Of a stretch of 64,000 bases of DNA, positions 62,366 through 64,000 are shown in pieces. Within the stretch, counting starts at the first letter, position 1. Every line of letters begins with the position of its first letter. Source of the DNA: a virus (taxonomy: Duplodnaviria > Heunggongvirae > Uroviricota > Caudoviricetes); the IMG/VR virus record IMGVR_UViG_3300021387_001267, positions 1 through 64,000 of that record; one strand, written 5' to 3'. The notes below the pieces were generated by a model. That model had not been told where the DNA came from and ran no database searches. It saw only the letters and a program-made list of their open reading frames with translations. Made by a program: the position numbers and the translations under genes.

Positions 62366-63430
62366 TTAAAGCATGTCCTTGATCAGGTCATACGTATCAT
62401 TGGTAAGAATCTGCTTGGCCTTCAAAATATCCAGAAGAGCCACAATCGCCGACGGATTCGGAACGTCGAGATTCTCGATCGTATCCTTGTCTGTATCGGT
62501 GAAGTCATTGCTCGAAAGGCCCTTCGAAGGATCGTTGAGCCTTGCTACGACAGCTTTATCCGCATCGGTGTAGTCATTTGTTGAGAGCGATTTATCTGGG
62601 TCGTTGAGTCTTGTGACGGTCGCTTTATCCGCATTGGTATAGTCGTTTGTTGAAAGCGATTTGTCAGGATCGTTGAGTCTCGTAACTGTCGCTCTATCCG
62701 CGTCGGTGTAATCGTTTGTCGAGAGACCTTTTCCTTGAACTGCGTCGACAAGACCGTAATATGCTCCATTGTGATCACCAGTCATTGTCGTTCCATTGAT
62801 TGACGGAAGAGCCGACTCTACGGCATTATCAACCATCGTCTGAATATCACTTCGGACATTCTCAACTGCATCAGAAGCAGCATTAGCGGCAGCCGTTGAA
62901 GCAGCAGACACGGTATTGTCGTAGATTGTCTGAATATCGCTCTTCAGTGTCTCGATCTGCGTCTGGATGGCTTGAATATCCGTAAGGGTTGACTCGACAC
63001 GACTCGCCGCCGCCAAAAGATCATCGGTTTTGTCGATGACGTTTACAAGCTCACGGATTTTAGACTGTGATACTATCGTGTCTTTATCGAGAGCTGCGCG
63101 TTCAACGCGGAGAATAAAATTGGCGGATGAGAGTTCTTTGTCATCTTTGGTCAGTACGATCTCGAATATGTTATCGCCAGGAACCGCAGTCATCTGTTGA
63201 TCACCAATTACTGTAACAACATTCTCAGAAATTGTAGCACCGGCAGAATATCCATTTCCATCAATTTTTGTTCCACGAATGGAAGCAACGATCGTTCCAT
63301 CCAAATAAAACGTAGCCCCAACGGCATATAACTCAAATTCTAGAGTAAAGTCACTGTCATACTGATTTAGCTTTATAATTGTTTGTGGTTCGCCAGGCAG
63401 CACGCTTAACAATTTATGATAAGTTATCAT
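62366..63430 (-). CDS. tail fibre protein with ~20-aa tandem repeats (KSLSTNDYTDADKATVTRLNDPD x3.5)
   Basis: ORF track 62366..63466; start MITYHKLL with TGGGGGATTATT SD; the nucleotide sequence has a 60-bp tandem repeat. Confidence 0.65.
   Translation of the reverse strand: MITYHKLLSVLPGEPQTIIKLNQYDSDFTLEFELYAVGATFYLDGTIVASIRGTKIDGNGYSAGATISENVVTVIGDQQMTAVPGDNIFEIVLTKDDKELSSANFILRVERAALDKDTIVSQSKIRELVNVIDKTDDLLAAASRVESTLTDIQAIQTQIETLKSDIQTIYDNTVSAASTAAANAASDAVENVRSDIQTMVDNAVESALPSINGTTMTGDHNGAYYGLVDAVQGKGLSTNDYTDADRATVTRLNDPDKSLSTNDYTNADKATVTRLNDPDKSLSTNDYTDADKAVVARLNDPSKGLSSNDFTDTDKDTIENLDVPNPSAIVALLDILKAKQILTNDTYDLIKDML
62488..62730. repeat. 60-bp tandem repeat, about 4 copies, inside the tail fibre gene
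   Basis: Successive ~60-nt units with >85% identity read directly from the sequence. Confidence 0.6.
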
Positions 63431-63443
63431 AATAATCCCCCAT

Positions 63444-64000
63444 TTATGGAGCCGGTTCGATATCAATATAAAAAGGCATCGAATACAACTCAGAATATGG
63501 CGTATATACTGTTATTTTTTTGTCAACATAGTAAACGGCACTGCCATAAAAGAAATAAATCCGGCATGTGGTTCTTCCAATTATATCCGTAAAATCATTC
63601 GTTAAATTAAACGCTATCGAATAATTTGTTTTATTGGTTGCTGAATAAAACGAATCCGTTGAACTCGATAACGTCCCAACAAGCGAAACAAATTGCTTAT
63701 CCGGTCGCATGCCTTCTAAAAAATATCGATAACCGGTACTAACATGTGTTTTAATTACACCATTTTCTATATGCGTTGTTGGTTTAAAACTGGCATCTCC
63801 AAAATCCATGTCTACAATCAACTGCACATTTGTATCATGTTGACTAATGCGCACAATTGGAGGAACGCGTTTGTTATGCAAGCCCAAAACGATTCGCTTT
63901 TTTAATAATGGTATTCCAGATGCAGATACAATTGTAACATCAAATCTTCCACTACATATTAACTCGTTCTCGGCCGTGTAAAATTGAATTAAATATTCTG
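63444..64000 (-). CDS. tail/baseplate-associated protein; ORF reads through coordinate 64000, so the N-terminus lies outside the window
   Basis: The track's TTG start at 63887 is an artefact; the frame stays open to the window edge. Confidence 0.5.
   Translation of the reverse strand, partial: EYLIQFYTAENELICSGRFDVTIVSASGIPLLKKRIVLGLHNKRVPPIVRISQHDTNVQLIVDMDFGDASFKPTTHIENGVIKTHVSTGYRYFLEGMRPDKQFVSLVGTLSSSTDSFYSATNKTNYSIAFNLTNDFTDIIGRTTCRIYFFYGSAVYYVDKKITVYTPYSELYSMPFYIDIEPAP

Noticed and set aside
59-64000. Plus-strand ORFs in the six-frame track (e.g. 59..340, 380..859, 1238..2020, 18814..19308, 53565..54278, 57061..58035, 47863..48558)
   Set aside because: They lie antisense to better-supported minus-strand genes, lack SD sequences and have low-complexity or Cys/Arg/Ser-rich compositions typical of shadow ORFs. 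Only 32608..32832 has its own promoter, SD and terminator.

Overview
This 64-kb window is almost entirely phage DNA. It is a temperate, Firmicutes-type phage, judged from the strong GGAGG-type Shine-Dalgarno sites, frequent ATGA/TTGA/GTGA stop-start overlaps and hairpin plus T-run terminators. It is either a prophage interior or a replicative or packaged genome. Nearly every gene is on the minus strand, so transcription runs from coordinate 64000 towards 1.

Reading in the direction of transcription:
- 64000 to 52250: tail and baseplate genes with an unusually rich set of receptor-binding proteins. These include a fibre with 60-bp tandem repeats, a 1114-aa fibre with a Gly13 linker, two tandemly duplicated BspA-type LRR proteins, and two Listeria-Bacteroides repeat (Flg_new) proteins.
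- 52250 to 50382: a lysis cassette. A 2-TM holin candidate and a CBM5/12 carbohydrate-binding protein precede a multidomain lysin (tail-lysozyme-like N-domain + CHAP + two PG_binding_1 domains).
- 49971 to 46661: a second tail fibre sharing its N-terminal ~170 aa with the 1114-aa fibre, and a second holin-like protein.
- 45568 to 42480: a Lar-like restriction-alleviation gene and a truncated integrase N-domain paralog. Then comes an intact tyrosine integrase and an attP-like region carrying only the 3' ~40 nt of a tRNA, flanked by 19-bp direct repeats.
- 42477 to 1: about 42 kb holding roughly 100 mostly small genes. Recognisable ones are a RadC-like JAB protein, HTH/XRE and RHH regulators, a divergent ThyX-like protein overlapped by an HNH homing endonuclease, a DUF3310-like protein, a P-loop kinase-like protein, an SPFH/band-7 protein and a lipoprotein. 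There are many Zn-ribbon and membrane mini-proteins and several paralog pairs.

The most striking feature is an intergenic module repeated more than 30 times. In gene orientation it reads: terminator hairpin, T-run, conserved box (TTTTTCRCAAAAATTRCAG), then a short hairpin that places the GGAGG Shine-Dalgarno site in its 3' arm (for example CTCCtttaatGGAGGTG), then the ATG. Terminators occur as near-identical sequence families, suggesting cassette-like shuffling of small genes bounded by this module.

The only convincing plus-strand gene (32608..32832) has a canonical sigma-70-like promoter (TTGCAC, 17 bp, TAGAAT). It lies between a divergent RHH gene and a convergent XRE gene, making it a candidate switch locus.

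Coordinates for start sites I adjusted away from the ORF track may be off by 1-2 nt.
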